From assembly GCA_943325035.2 (NCBI GenBank), contig CALPNW020000001.1, positions 920 to 64,919 on the forward strand: a DNA stretch of 64,000 bases, given 5' to 3'. The notes below the pieces were generated by a model that was not told the origin of the DNA, did no database searches, and saw only the letters and a list, made by a program, of their open reading frames with translations. The DNA comes from Sphingobacterium thalpophilum. Lineage in GTDB: Bacteria; Bacteroidota; Bacteroidia; Chitinophagales; Chitinophagaceae. Position 1 is the first letter of the stretch. Each line of letters begins with the position of its first letter. Below are positions 30,305 through 39,524 of the stretch, piece by piece. Made by a program: the position numbers and the translations under genes.

Positions 30305-31513
30305 TCAGGCAATTAAAGCTTTTCTTTCGATCTGAAGTTCATTCGCTACCATATTAATTATTTCCAGCGCCTTATCCAGCTGTGCTCTGGTATGGGTAGC
30401 CATGATAGACATTCTTACCAGCGATGAATCACTTTTAACAGCAGGCGATACTACCGGATTTACAAAAATGCCCTCTTCAAACAAACGTTGAGTGAATTTG
30501 AAAGTAAGAAAATTATCACGGATATAAATTGGAATGATCGGAGTTTGAGATTCACCCATTTCAAAACCGGCTTCTTTTAAAGCCTTCACCATATAAATAG
30601 TGTTTTCCCAGAGGGCTTCCAGTCTTTCCGGTTCACGCTGTATTATTTTAAGCGCGGCCAGAGCAGCAGCAGCCGCCGAGGGAGGCGTACTTGCGCTGAA
30701 GATCATCGGACGTGCATTGTGTTTAAGGTAATTGATGAGTTCTTTGCTACCCGCAACATACCCACCCAGCGAAGCAAGCGATTTACTGAATGTGCCAACA
30801 ATCAGATCTACCTCATCGGTTAACCCAAAATGATCGGCAGTTCCCTTACCCAGTTCACCCAGCACACCCAGAGAATGCGCATCATCCACCATCACAAGGG
30901 CTTTGTATTGCTTGGCCAAACGAACAATTTCAGGAAGATTGCAGATATCGCCTTCCATGCTAAAAATGCCATCCACCACAATCATTTTAATCACCGACTC
31001 GGGAACGGTTTTCATTTTCTGTTCCAGATCGGCCATATCGTTGTGTGCATATTTCAGCACTTTCGAAAAAGACAAACGGGCACCTTCAATAATAGAAGCA
31101 TGGTCCAGTTCATCTAAGAATATTACCCCATTTCTTCCGGTAATGGCAGAAACAGCCCCCAGATTGGTTTGAAAACCGGTAGTAAAAGTTAAAGCAGCTT
31201 CTTTTCCAACATGTACAGCCAAAGTATCTTCCAATTCAATGTGTACGCTGGATGTGCCGTTCAAAAAACGGGAACCGGAGCAGCTGCTGCCAAAACGGTC
31301 AATTGCTTCGCGGGCTGCCTGTAAAACTTCGGGGTGATTGGTAAGACCCATATAGCTATTAGAGCCAAACATCAATACGCGCTTGCCGCCAATAACCACT
31401 TCAGTATCATGATTCTCCTCAATAGGTCTGAAATAAGGGTAGATCCCCGCCTCTTTCAGCTCATCCGGTGCGGTAAAGCTTTTAATTTTCTCTGATAAAA
31501 TTTCCTGTAGCAT
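30305..31513 (-). CDS. spt: Serine palmitoyltransferase (alpha-oxoamine synthase family)
   Basis: YPYFR, GSNSYMGL, GSRFLNGT, DHASI, DGIFSMEGD, DDAH, GTFSKSL (PLP Lys) and IFSAS motifs. Confidence 0.85.
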   Translation of the reverse strand: MLQEILSEKIKSFTAPDELKEAGIYPYFRPIEENHDTEVVIGGKRVLMFGSNSYMGLTNHPEVLQAAREAIDRFGSSCSGSRFLNGTSSVHIELEDTLAVHVGKEAALTFTTGFQTNLGAVSAITGRNGVIFLDELDHASIIEGARLSFSKVLKYAHNDMADLEQKMKTVPESVIKMIVVDGIFSMEGDICNLPEIVRLAKQYKALVMVDDAHSLGVLGELGKGTADHFGLTDEVDLIVGTFSKSLASLGGYVAGSKELINYLKHNARPMIFSASTPPSAAAAALAALKIIQREPERLEALWENTIYMVKALKEAGFEMGESQTPIIPIYIRDNFLTFKFTQRLFEEGIFVNPVVSPAVKSDSSLVRMSIMATHTRAQLDKALEIINMVANELQIERKALIA

Positions 31514-31571
31514 TCCTTTATTGGTATTTAAAAATATTCGCCTTCGCTAAAAAGTATAGTGAAAATTAGCG

Positions 31572-31579
31572 CAAAGGTA
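31572..31579 (-). promoter_or_regulatory. Bacteroidota -7 promoter box TACCTTTG for the spt operon
   Basis: Exact TAnnTTTG match 58 bp upstream of the spt ATG. Confidence 0.55.
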
Positions 31580-31669
31580 TTAAATAAGGATAGTTTAATC
31601 CCCAATATTTTGTAATACAGTTCTTAAACCCTATTGTTCGATTTTTTTTACATCTTCCCGGGCCGGTGA

Positions 31670-32935
31670 CTATTGGCACACTGCTCCGTCCTTCATGACC
31701 ATCAGCACTTTACGTATATCTGAAATTTGGGCAGAAGGATCTCCCGAAAAAATGACCAGATCGGCCAGATGGCCCGGTTGAATAAAACCAACCGACTGAT
31801 TGATGTGAAAAGCGCGGGCATTAACGCTGGTAGCAGCTTTTAATACGTTGATTGGTTTCATACCATATTCTGCCATCAGCTCCATTTCCAATGCATTATT
31901 ACCATGGGCAAAAACACCCACATCACCGCCCATTCCAATAATTACCCCGGCCTCCATGGCCATTTTAAAACTTGCCTGCTTAATAAGTATATTGCCGGGT
32001 GCAGGTCCGGTTCCTTTTTTCCAGCCCCGATATTGCGTAATAGATTCTGTAGCGGCCAGTGTTGGAAATAAAACCGTACCCCGCTCTTTCATGAGTTGGC
32101 AGATTTCCTGATCAATCAGGTCTCCGTGCTCTATAGTGGTAGCGCCGGCCAGTACCGCCCGTTTTACGGCTTCTTTTGTTTTGGCATGGCAAACCATATC
32201 CCTTCCACTGCTTCTGGTGATCTCATTAATGAGCTTCAGTTCGTCTAAAGTAAAAGTAGGGGCCGTTTCATCGTTCAATCCCCAGCGATAATCGGCATAT
32301 ACTTTTACAATGTCGGCGCCTTTACCGATCTGGTCTCTCACTACTCTGGCAAGATCATTGCCATCGGCAGCTTCGGCACCCAGCATGATCTGCTGATCGA
32401 GGTCAAATCCTTTAGGTCCATAAGAACCGGTTGCAACTATGGCCCGGCCGGCAACCAGTAGCCGCGGACCAGGAATAATACCATCATCAATGGCTTTTTT
32501 TAGTGCAACATCTGCATAGCCAGCTCCTTCAGAACCCAGGTCGCGGGCACTCGTAAATCCGGCAGCCAGGGTATTTTTTGCATGAACAGTAGCGCGAATC
32601 GTTCTGTATGGATCCGTTTCCTTTAAAACCTGCGAATCCCAGTCTTTAATGTTATAAGGATACAGGAGCAGATGGGAATGACCTTCTATTAATCCAGGGG
32701 TGAGGGTAGAATTAGGGAAATCAATCAGCTGAGCGCCTTCCGGTCTTTTAACAGATTCGCGCGGTCCGGCAGCAAGGATCTTATTTCCCTGAACCAAAAC
32801 GGCCCAGCCTTCGTGCATGTCTTCCCCGTCAAAAACCCTAGATGCGGTCAGGTAAATAGCAGACTGGGCGTTAACGCAATGCAGCATCAATATACTAAAG
32901 AACCAGATCAAGGATAGTTTGCAGATTTTAAGCAT
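31670..32935 (-). CDS. Secreted amidohydrolase (metal-dependent, Xaa-Pro dipeptidase-like)
   Basis: PGLIEGHSH, GFT..RDLG, KVYAD, CHA, IEHG and GGD motifs. Confidence 0.9.
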   Translation of the reverse strand: MLKICKLSLIWFFSILMLHCVNAQSAIYLTASRVFDGEDMHEGWAVLVQGNKILAAGPRESVKRPEGAQLIDFPNSTLTPGLIEGHSHLLLYPYNIKDWDSQVLKETDPYRTIRATVHAKNTLAAGFTSARDLGSEGAGYADVALKKAIDDGIIPGPRLLVAGRAIVATGSYGPKGFDLDQQIMLGAEAADGNDLARVVRDQIGKGADIVKVYADYRWGLNDETAPTFTLDELKLINEITRSSGRDMVCHAKTKEAVKRAVLAGATTIEHGDLIDQEICQLMKERGTVLFPTLAATESITQYRGWKKGTGPAPGNILIKQASFKMAMEAGVIIGMGGDVGVFAHGNNALEMELMAEYGMKPINVLKAATSVNARAFHINQSVGFIQPGHLADLVIFSGDPSAQISDIRKVLMVMKDGAVCQ

Positions 32936-33118
32936 ATTACAAGTTAATAGATTCTTAGCAGGTTCGGGGTGCTTTCAACCTTTAAAAATTATTGTATCCG
33001 TTGGTCGCTGGTATTAACAAATACGGAAAATTAATGCTGTTTAACCGTTTATTGCTATTTCGTTGTAGCTTTTAGAGCTAATTTAGTGATTCCAAGATTC
33101 ATTCCTGAAAACCTTTTC

Positions 33119-34603
33119 ATGCATCCGCTCAACAGAAGAAAATTTTTATCGCTTGGCACACGTGCTCTAGCCGGAGCCGTTGTAGCATCCTCAGCTGGTT
33201 TTTTAAACGCTTGTCAAAAAACATCGGGTACCGTTAATACACTCGACTGGAAGTATTTATCCAATCAGTTATCCGGAACCGTATTATTGCCCAATCAGGC
33301 TGGTTTTGAACCTTTTACGATTCCATTTAGTTTACAATATAAAGGAACTGTGCCAATGGCTGTAGCCCGGTGCGCCAATGAAAAAGATATCGTGGCCGCT
33401 ATTAAATGGGCCAGAGAAATGGGCGTTCCGTTGGTAGCACGTTCGGGCGGGCATTCCTACGCAGCCTATTCTGCCACCAGTGGTTTACTGTTAGACGTTT
33501 CGAGTATAACAGATATCAGCATCAGTTCCACAACAGGGCTGGCCACTATTGGAGGGGGCGCACGTAACCAACATGTATACTCGGCACTCAGGGCACCATC
33601 ACTTTCTGTAACACATGGAAGATGTAAGCAGGTGGGTGTTGCCGGATTGGTATTGGGAGGTGGTATCGGTTTTAATATGCGGGCGCACGGGCTTACCTGC
33701 GACAACCTGGTAGAAACCAAAATGGTTACTGCAGACGGATCAGTAATTGTTTGCAACGAAAAAGAAAATGCAGATATCTTCTGGGCAGTGCGTGGTGGAG
33801 GTGGGGGTAATTTTGGGGTGCATACCTCTTTTGTATTTCGCCCGTTCCCGGTAGGCAATATCACCGTATTCGACATGAGCTGGCAGGATAAAGTAGAAAT
33901 TGTATTTGCAAGATTACAGGAGGTAATGCTGGCGGCTCCTGATGCACTGGGTGCAAAAGTGTGGATTGTGTCTGAACCGGTTGCAGGAATGGGCAACCGG
34001 ATTAGTGTAAAAGCATTCGGACAGTTTGCAGGAGAGCAGTCTCAATTAGAAAATATATTTAAACCGGTAACCGATTTAGTAAAGCCGGTGCAGTCTGTCA
34101 TTCAAACCAAATATTACTGGGATGGTCAGGAATTGCTTTCGGAAGAGGGAGAACCCGGATACGGATACGAACGGTCCCGTTTTGCGTATGGGGCTATTTC
34201 TGCACAAGGGCAGGCGGCCATCTTCCGTAATATCCGGGAGTGGCCGGGAACATCCGACAGTGTAGTATGGAAATATTTTTTAATGGGAGGAAAGATTGAT
34301 ACCCTCGGGCGCAGTGATACCGCTTTTTATGCCCGGGGTGCCAGATTACTCACTTCAATTGATATGGCCTGGAAGCCACAGGATGCCCCCAAACTGGCGG
34401 CAAATATGGCCTGGATCAATCAGTTTCATGCCGAAATGGAACAATATACCTCTGCCAATTCATATGTGAATTTTATAGACCGGAACCAGGAAAATTACCT
34501 GAATGCATACTATGGATCCAATTTAGATAAACTCAAAGCTGTGAAGAAAAAGATAGACCCTTCCAATTTCTTCAATTACCCGCAGGGCATCCCAGCCATT
34601 TAA
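33119..34603 (+). CDS. FAD-linked oxidase, berberine-bridge-enzyme/VAO family; Tat-exported lipoprotein
   Basis: NRRKFL twin-Arg and FLNAC lipobox; RSGGHS and G.C..VG flavinylation sites; WAVRGGGGGNFG, YVNF and KKKIDP.N.F motifs. Confidence 0.88.
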   Translation: MHPLNRRKFLSLGTRALAGAVVASSAGFLNACQKTSGTVNTLDWKYLSNQLSGTVLLPNQAGFEPFTIPFSLQYKGTVPMAVARCANEKDIVAAIKWAREMGVPLVARSGGHSYAAYSATSGLLLDVSSITDISISSTTGLATIGGGARNQHVYSALRAPSLSVTHGRCKQVGVAGLVLGGGIGFNMRAHGLTCDNLVETKMVTADGSVIVCNEKENADIFWAVRGGGGGNFGVHTSFVFRPFPVGNITVFDMSWQDKVEIVFARLQEVMLAAPDALGAKVWIVSEPVAGMGNRISVKAFGQFAGEQSQLENIFKPVTDLVKPVQSVIQTKYYWDGQELLSEEGEPGYGYERSRFAYGAISAQGQAAIFRNIREWPGTSDSVVWKYFLMGGKIDTLGRSDTAFYARGARLLTSIDMAWKPQDAPKLAANMAWINQFHAEMEQYTSANSYVNFIDRNQENYLNAYYGSNLDKLKAVKKKIDPSNFFNYPQGIPAI

Positions 34604-34675
34604 CAGGCAGAGACGGGTAAAATACTGTGCAGTAACCCATCGCCTTAAAATTAATAATTATCTTCCCCCCTTCCT

Positions 34676-37675
34676 ATGAAACCTCCTATTTCAATAATAC
34701 TAGCGCTGTTCATTATTGTATTTGCTGTAATACCTGCAAGTTCGCAGTTCAACTGCGGATATGATTTCAGCCACAACAGCAGTAACAGCGCTCAGGAAAT
34801 AAAAGCAGCAGAGGCTAAGCTGAACGACCAGATCCGGGAACAGATTTTTGTAAACAGAAATACGCAGGGCAGCATCCGGAACAATGCACAACGTTCTACT
34901 GCAGTAGCCGTTCCGCCGGCAATTGTTTATATACCGGTTGTATTTCATATCATCAGCGAAGATCCATCCACCGTAACCGACCAGATGGTGATAGACGCAG
35001 TGGACGACTTAAACAAAGCCTATGCACACCAGGGGATTTATGGGGTAGACACACTTGGCGCAGATACCAGAATACAATTTAAGCTGGCCCAGCGGGCACC
35101 GGATGGTGGAAAATCCAATGGTGTGAACCGTATTAAATCTTTTTACGAAACCATGGATGTAGACATGGAAGATGGAACGGTGAAGAATCTTATCCGGTGG
35201 GATCCCAGCAGGTATGCCAATATCTGGGTAGTAAAATCGATCCGCGGAGAAATTGCAGGCAGTACCTACGAATGTGGCATCTGGAAAAGAATGGGATATG
35301 GGGGTTATGCATCGGCCGGGGGTGGATTGGTGGTAAGTGGATTAAGCACCCCACTGATAGCACATGAAATGGGGCATTACTTATCCTTGCTACATACTTT
35401 TCAGGGACTGAACTGTTTGAACAATGACTGTTCGGTAAATGGCGATCTGGTATGTGATACACCACCCGATAAAAGTATGATCTCCTCCCCCTGCAACAAT
35501 CCGGAAAATTCCTGTTCTACCGATACCCTTTCCGGACCGTTCACCATAGACCAACGAGACAATATTTCCAATTTCATGGATTACGGAACAAGCTGCCCGA
35601 GTGTATTTACGCCGGGTCAGGGAGAAAGAATGCGGGCATTCCTTGATGTGTTTGGCGGAGGAAGTTTAAAAACCAGCACGGGAGCAGATGCACCCTGTGC
35701 AGAAAATATCAATGCACAGTATGCCATAACAGCCAATCCGTATCCGGCAGCCGGAGATGAAGTCATATTTACCAATCAGAGTACCGGAGCAGCCAATTAC
35801 GAATGGTATCTCAACAATGTACTCACTGCTACCAGTACCGATTTTAAACAAGTGCTGGCAGCCAATGGAACATATACCATAAAGCTAAAAGCCTACACTA
35901 CCGGCAATACCTGCTTCAGCAGTTATTACACCAATGTTACAGTGAGCTGCGGAACCGTAGCACGATTTTCTCCGGACAAAAGGATTGTAGCCGGAAAAAA
36001 AATGTACTATAATGACCCCGTAACATTTACCAGCTATTCACAAAATGCAGATACGTATGAGTGGTATGTGAAGAACAATCTAACAGGGGTAGAAACCAAA
36101 GAAAGTACCACCGGCGTGTTGGTGTATTCCTTCCCTGCGCAGGGAACCTATGGCATCAGACTGGTAGCAAGTAAAGGAACCTGTATACCTGCAGCTGCTT
36201 CATATAATTTAAATGTTCTTGATGGAACCAGCGATGCAGTAATGGATTTGTTTACGACCAACTGCTATAACAACGATTCTATCCGTTTGTATTTTGGCGT
36301 AAGAAACAGCGGCTTCGATACTATACCAGCCGGAACTACTATACGGTTTTATGACCGGGATCCCTCCTTGCCAGGCAGGCAGGAACTGGTATCTGCATTT
36401 TTAACCCCGGCCGATATATTAGGGAAATGTTTTGCCAACTATACCCATATCGTAAAAGCAAGCCGGATAAAACAGGATTCCGTTTATATTGTAGTGGATT
36501 CAGATAATACCCTTACTGAAATAGGCAAGGCCAATAATACGAATCAGGGATTTAAATTTCAGCCAAAGCTTACGGTACTGCCAAACGATACGCTGGTATA
36601 TGTAAACTCCACCATACCATTCAACGTAACCAATAAACGCGAACCACTTGCTCAGGTATTTTGGAGCGCCAACCCCGGTAGTTTTATTTGTGGCAGCTGT
36701 GCAAACACCACCATTAAAATTCTAGATACCACTACGATTAAAGTAAAAACAACGACCATCTATGGATGTTCGGATTCGGCCCTTAGAAAGCTGGTGGTAT
36801 ATCCCAACGATCTGCAGCTAAGTAATCCAAAAGTGTATTGTTATCGCAACAACGATACAGTGCTGCTGAAAACTAAATTATGTTTACTGAACCGATATGA
36901 GAAATTACAGAAGGATATCATTGTACGTTATTACAACCAGCCCTATTATTTGCCGGATGCTGTTCTTTTATACGAAACAACCATCAAAGCATCCACCGTA
37001 TTTACCGGAGGATGTTTTACGGTAGAACATACATTTGCACGCAAGGACGCTACCAATATTTATGCTTACTTTAATCCGGACCTCCATATTTTTGAAGAGG
37101 AATTAAGCAATAATACCATCAACATCCCTTTCATTAAATTTCTGATTGGGGTTCCTGCAACAGAATTAGCGGTATACAGGGGAGAACCAAACATATTATC
37201 GGTATTGCGCTTTGGAGAACCTATTGAATCTATATTATGGTCTCCGCCCAACGGGTTGGATTGTACGGATTGTTTTTCCCCAACACTTAAAACAAATGCC
37301 AATACCAACATCAAAGTGGAGGTAAAAAGTTTATACGGTTGTAAGGATTCGGCTCACATTACTATAAGTTCATTTTACCGTTCACACCTGGCATTGCCCA
37401 ATGTGTTCACACCCAACGGTGATGGCAACAACGATTATTTTTATGTGATCAGCGGAACAGACGTAGCTGCTGTAAAACAGTTCATGATCATGAACCGTTG
37501 GGGCGCCACTGTATACAATAAAATAAATGTACTGCCCAACAGTTATACGGATGGTTGGAATGGTCAATACAAGGGCAGGCCGGCAGAAGAAGGTACTTAT
37601 ATTTATCAGATAGTCATTGTACTCAACGACGGAACAACAGAAACTCATAAAGGAAATATCACTTTACTCAGATGA
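34676..37675 (+). CDS. T9SS-secreted M43 (pappalysin-like) metalloprotease with PKD domains and type B CTD
   Basis: IPVVFH, HEMGHYLSLLH, VCDTP and NFMDY Met-turn; PKD-like repeats; PNVFTPNGDGNND...GTY.Y...KGNITLLR C-terminal domain. Confidence 0.9.
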   Translation: MKPPISIILALFIIVFAVIPASSQFNCGYDFSHNSSNSAQEIKAAEAKLNDQIREQIFVNRNTQGSIRNNAQRSTAVAVPPAIVYIPVVFHIISEDPSTVTDQMVIDAVDDLNKAYAHQGIYGVDTLGADTRIQFKLAQRAPDGGKSNGVNRIKSFYETMDVDMEDGTVKNLIRWDPSRYANIWVVKSIRGEIAGSTYECGIWKRMGYGGYASAGGGLVVSGLSTPLIAHEMGHYLSLLHTFQGLNCLNNDCSVNGDLVCDTPPDKSMISSPCNNPENSCSTDTLSGPFTIDQRDNISNFMDYGTSCPSVFTPGQGERMRAFLDVFGGGSLKTSTGADAPCAENINAQYAITANPYPAAGDEVIFTNQSTGAANYEWYLNNVLTATSTDFKQVLAANGTYTIKLKAYTTGNTCFSSYYTNVTVSCGTVARFSPDKRIVAGKKMYYNDPVTFTSYSQNADTYEWYVKNNLTGVETKESTTGVLVYSFPAQGTYGIRLVASKGTCIPAAASYNLNVLDGTSDAVMDLFTTNCYNNDSIRLYFGVRNSGFDTIPAGTTIRFYDRDPSLPGRQELVSAFLTPADILGKCFANYTHIVKASRIKQDSVYIVVDSDNTLTEIGKANNTNQGFKFQPKLTVLPNDTLVYVNSTIPFNVTNKREPLAQVFWSANPGSFICGSCANTTIKILDTTTIKVKTTTIYGCSDSALRKLVVYPNDLQLSNPKVYCYRNNDTVLLKTKLCLLNRYEKLQKDIIVRYYNQPYYLPDAVLLYETTIKASTVFTGGCFTVEHTFARKDATNIYAYFNPDLHIFEEELSNNTINIPFIKFLIGVPATELAVYRGEPNILSVLRFGEPIESILWSPPNGLDCTDCFSPTLKTNANTNIKVEVKSLYGCKDSAHITISSFYRSHLALPNVFTPNGDGNNDYFYVISGTDVAAVKQFMIMNRWGATVYNKINVLPNSYTDGWNGQYKGRPAEEGTYIYQIVIVLNDGTTETHKGNITLLR

Positions 37676-38739
37676 TGCGGCACCAACAAATTCTACCCTA
37701 TCAAAAAACATTCCGCCGGTTCCTGCAAAATCAATTGCCGGCGCTGGCAATAGGCTTATGCCTTTTTAGCACTACAAAAATTCAGGCACAGGACCCGAGG
37801 TTCTCCCAATTTTTCTCCTCCCCATTAACCCTCAATCCGGCACTTACCGGAAATTTTAATGGTACCATGCGGGCAGTTGCCAATATCAGAAGCCAGAATA
37901 CAGAATACAATAATGCCTATACTACAAAAACGGTATCGCTGGATTTTCCGGTGCTGAGCAATAAAATTTCCTACACCGATCAGTTGAGTTTGGGGGTATT
38001 GATCCTCAGCGATCAAACAGGTAATAAGCTCATCACCAATAACAACCTGGGTATTTCAATGGCTTATTTAAAGGGGTTGGATGGCGATCAGGTAAGATCC
38101 ATTACACTGGGGTTTCAGGCGAACTACAGCAACAAGCGATTCAACACTGCGAATGCACAGTTCGAAGACCAGCTGACGCCGGGAGGATTTACCAACAGCA
38201 GTTCCGATGCATTGCTGGGTAATAATTTGTCGGCCAGTTCTATAGATCTGAACGCAGGTTTATTATACCAGTACACCCCCTCTACCGAAAATCATTATTA
38301 CCTGGGTGCCTCCTTGTTTAATATACTCGGCACCACCAAAGGATTTACTACGGGTGATTATACCAGCGGATTAAGAAAAACAGTGCATGGCGGAATGTAT
38401 GCACCCCTTGGATACAACGGAACCCTGCACGGAAGTTTTAATTTTCAGCAACAGAGAGGATTCAATCAGTTAAGTATCGGAGGCACCTACAGCTATTATA
38501 TAAAAGAAACGCTGAAATCCTACCTCGAACTTTATGTAGGCGGATGGTACAGAACCGACCAAACGCTCATTCCTTATATGGGCATAGAGTGGAATTACTT
38601 TAGGCTGGGATATACCACAGATGTAGCACTCAACGGATCAGTTACCGGGGGGCAGTTAAGACAGTCGAACGAAATTTCTTTATACTACCCGCTCAACAAA
38701 GACCGGAGTTTACTAAAGTATAAGTGCGGGGTATTTTAA
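37672..38739 (+). CDS. PorP/SprF family T9SS membrane protein
   Basis: QDPRFSQF...PL.LNPALTG signature; start overlaps the stop of the type B CTD cargo. Confidence 0.92.
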   Translation: MMRHQQILPYQKTFRRFLQNQLPALAIGLCLFSTTKIQAQDPRFSQFFSSPLTLNPALTGNFNGTMRAVANIRSQNTEYNNAYTTKTVSLDFPVLSNKISYTDQLSLGVLILSDQTGNKLITNNNLGISMAYLKGLDGDQVRSITLGFQANYSNKRFNTANAQFEDQLTPGGFTNSSSDALLGNNLSASSIDLNAGLLYQYTPSTENHYYLGASLFNILGTTKGFTTGDYTSGLRKTVHGGMYAPLGYNGTLHGSFNFQQQRGFNQLSIGGTYSYYIKETLKSYLELYVGGWYRTDQTLIPYMGIEWNYFRLGYTTDVALNGSVTGGQLRQSNEISLYYPLNKDRSLLKYKCGVF

Positions 38740-38757
38740 AATGCGGAAGGGCATTTC

Positions 38758-39492
38758 CTACCATCCGAAGCCGGCAATCTTACTCATAAAATAATCATGT
38801 AACTGCAGTTTGCTGTAATCCCTGTAAGGCAACCATTCTTTTTCTACCGGAAAAAATACTTCAATGGCGTTGAGATCAGGGAAGATTTTATAATCCATTT
38901 TAGGATGGGTGGTAGAGAGATAGCCCGGATAATAAAAACGCATCTGCTGTTCTCTGGAATAATCAAGGGATTGGAGCAGCAGGAATTTGCCAAGGCTGAA
39001 CTGCCGGTAATCGGGATGGTAAAAATTAAGGATGGCCATCGACGAATCCAGGCCAATATCAAAATAGCCCACCGCAATAAGGCGTGCACCATCGCGCACT
39101 TCAATCATCCGGGAATTAAACGGATTAACGAGAATATCTTCATCCATCATGCATTCCCTGCACGAATCGGAAGTGTTAAAATTGATATGATTGCGGTAAG
39201 CGGTATACAGTTCCTCCATTTCTTCGGTAATAACCGCCGGTAAAAAACTAACGGTAAAGCCAGAACATTTCTTACGGATCCTTAAGGAGGAACGGGACTC
39301 TGCAACAAGATCCAGAACGGTCCTTAACCAGAACACCGGTGTAAATAAAGCGGAGTTGCCATAATATTCTACAAATACCTGGTTGGTAGTGAAGATCGAA
39401 TTGCGCATACGATAGTACCCCAAAGCGAGATACTCATCTAAACAGGCATCCTTAAAACCATCAGCGGTAGGCTGAATAAAATGGTTGGACAT
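38758..39492 (-). CDS. Aminoacyl-tRNA-protein transferase (ATE/Bpt family)
   Basis: YLA.GYYR, LY..YR, LIAVG.FD, FY.P.Y..FSLG, YYPGY and KMDYK motifs. Confidence 0.8.
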   Translation of the reverse strand: MSNHFIQPTADGFKDACLDEYLALGYYRMRNSIFTTNQVFVEYYGNSALFTPVFWLRTVLDLVAESRSSLRIRKKCSGFTVSFLPAVITEEMEELYTAYRNHINFNTSDSCRECMMDEDILVNPFNSRMIEVRDGARLIAVGYFDIGLDSSMAILNFYHPDYRQFSLGKFLLLQSLDYSREQQMRFYYPGYLSTTHPKMDYKIFPDLNAIEVFFPVEKEWLPYRDYSKLQLHDYFMSKIAGFGW

Positions 39493-39524
39493 AAGCAGCT
39501 GCGAAATTTTAGGTAGCCGAACAA

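Noticed and set aside
30305-31513. Alternative call as bioF or kbl
   Set aside because: No biotin or tdh genes are adjacent; the YPYFR/GSNSY/GTFSKSL pattern and the GNAT-reductase neighbours favour Spt.
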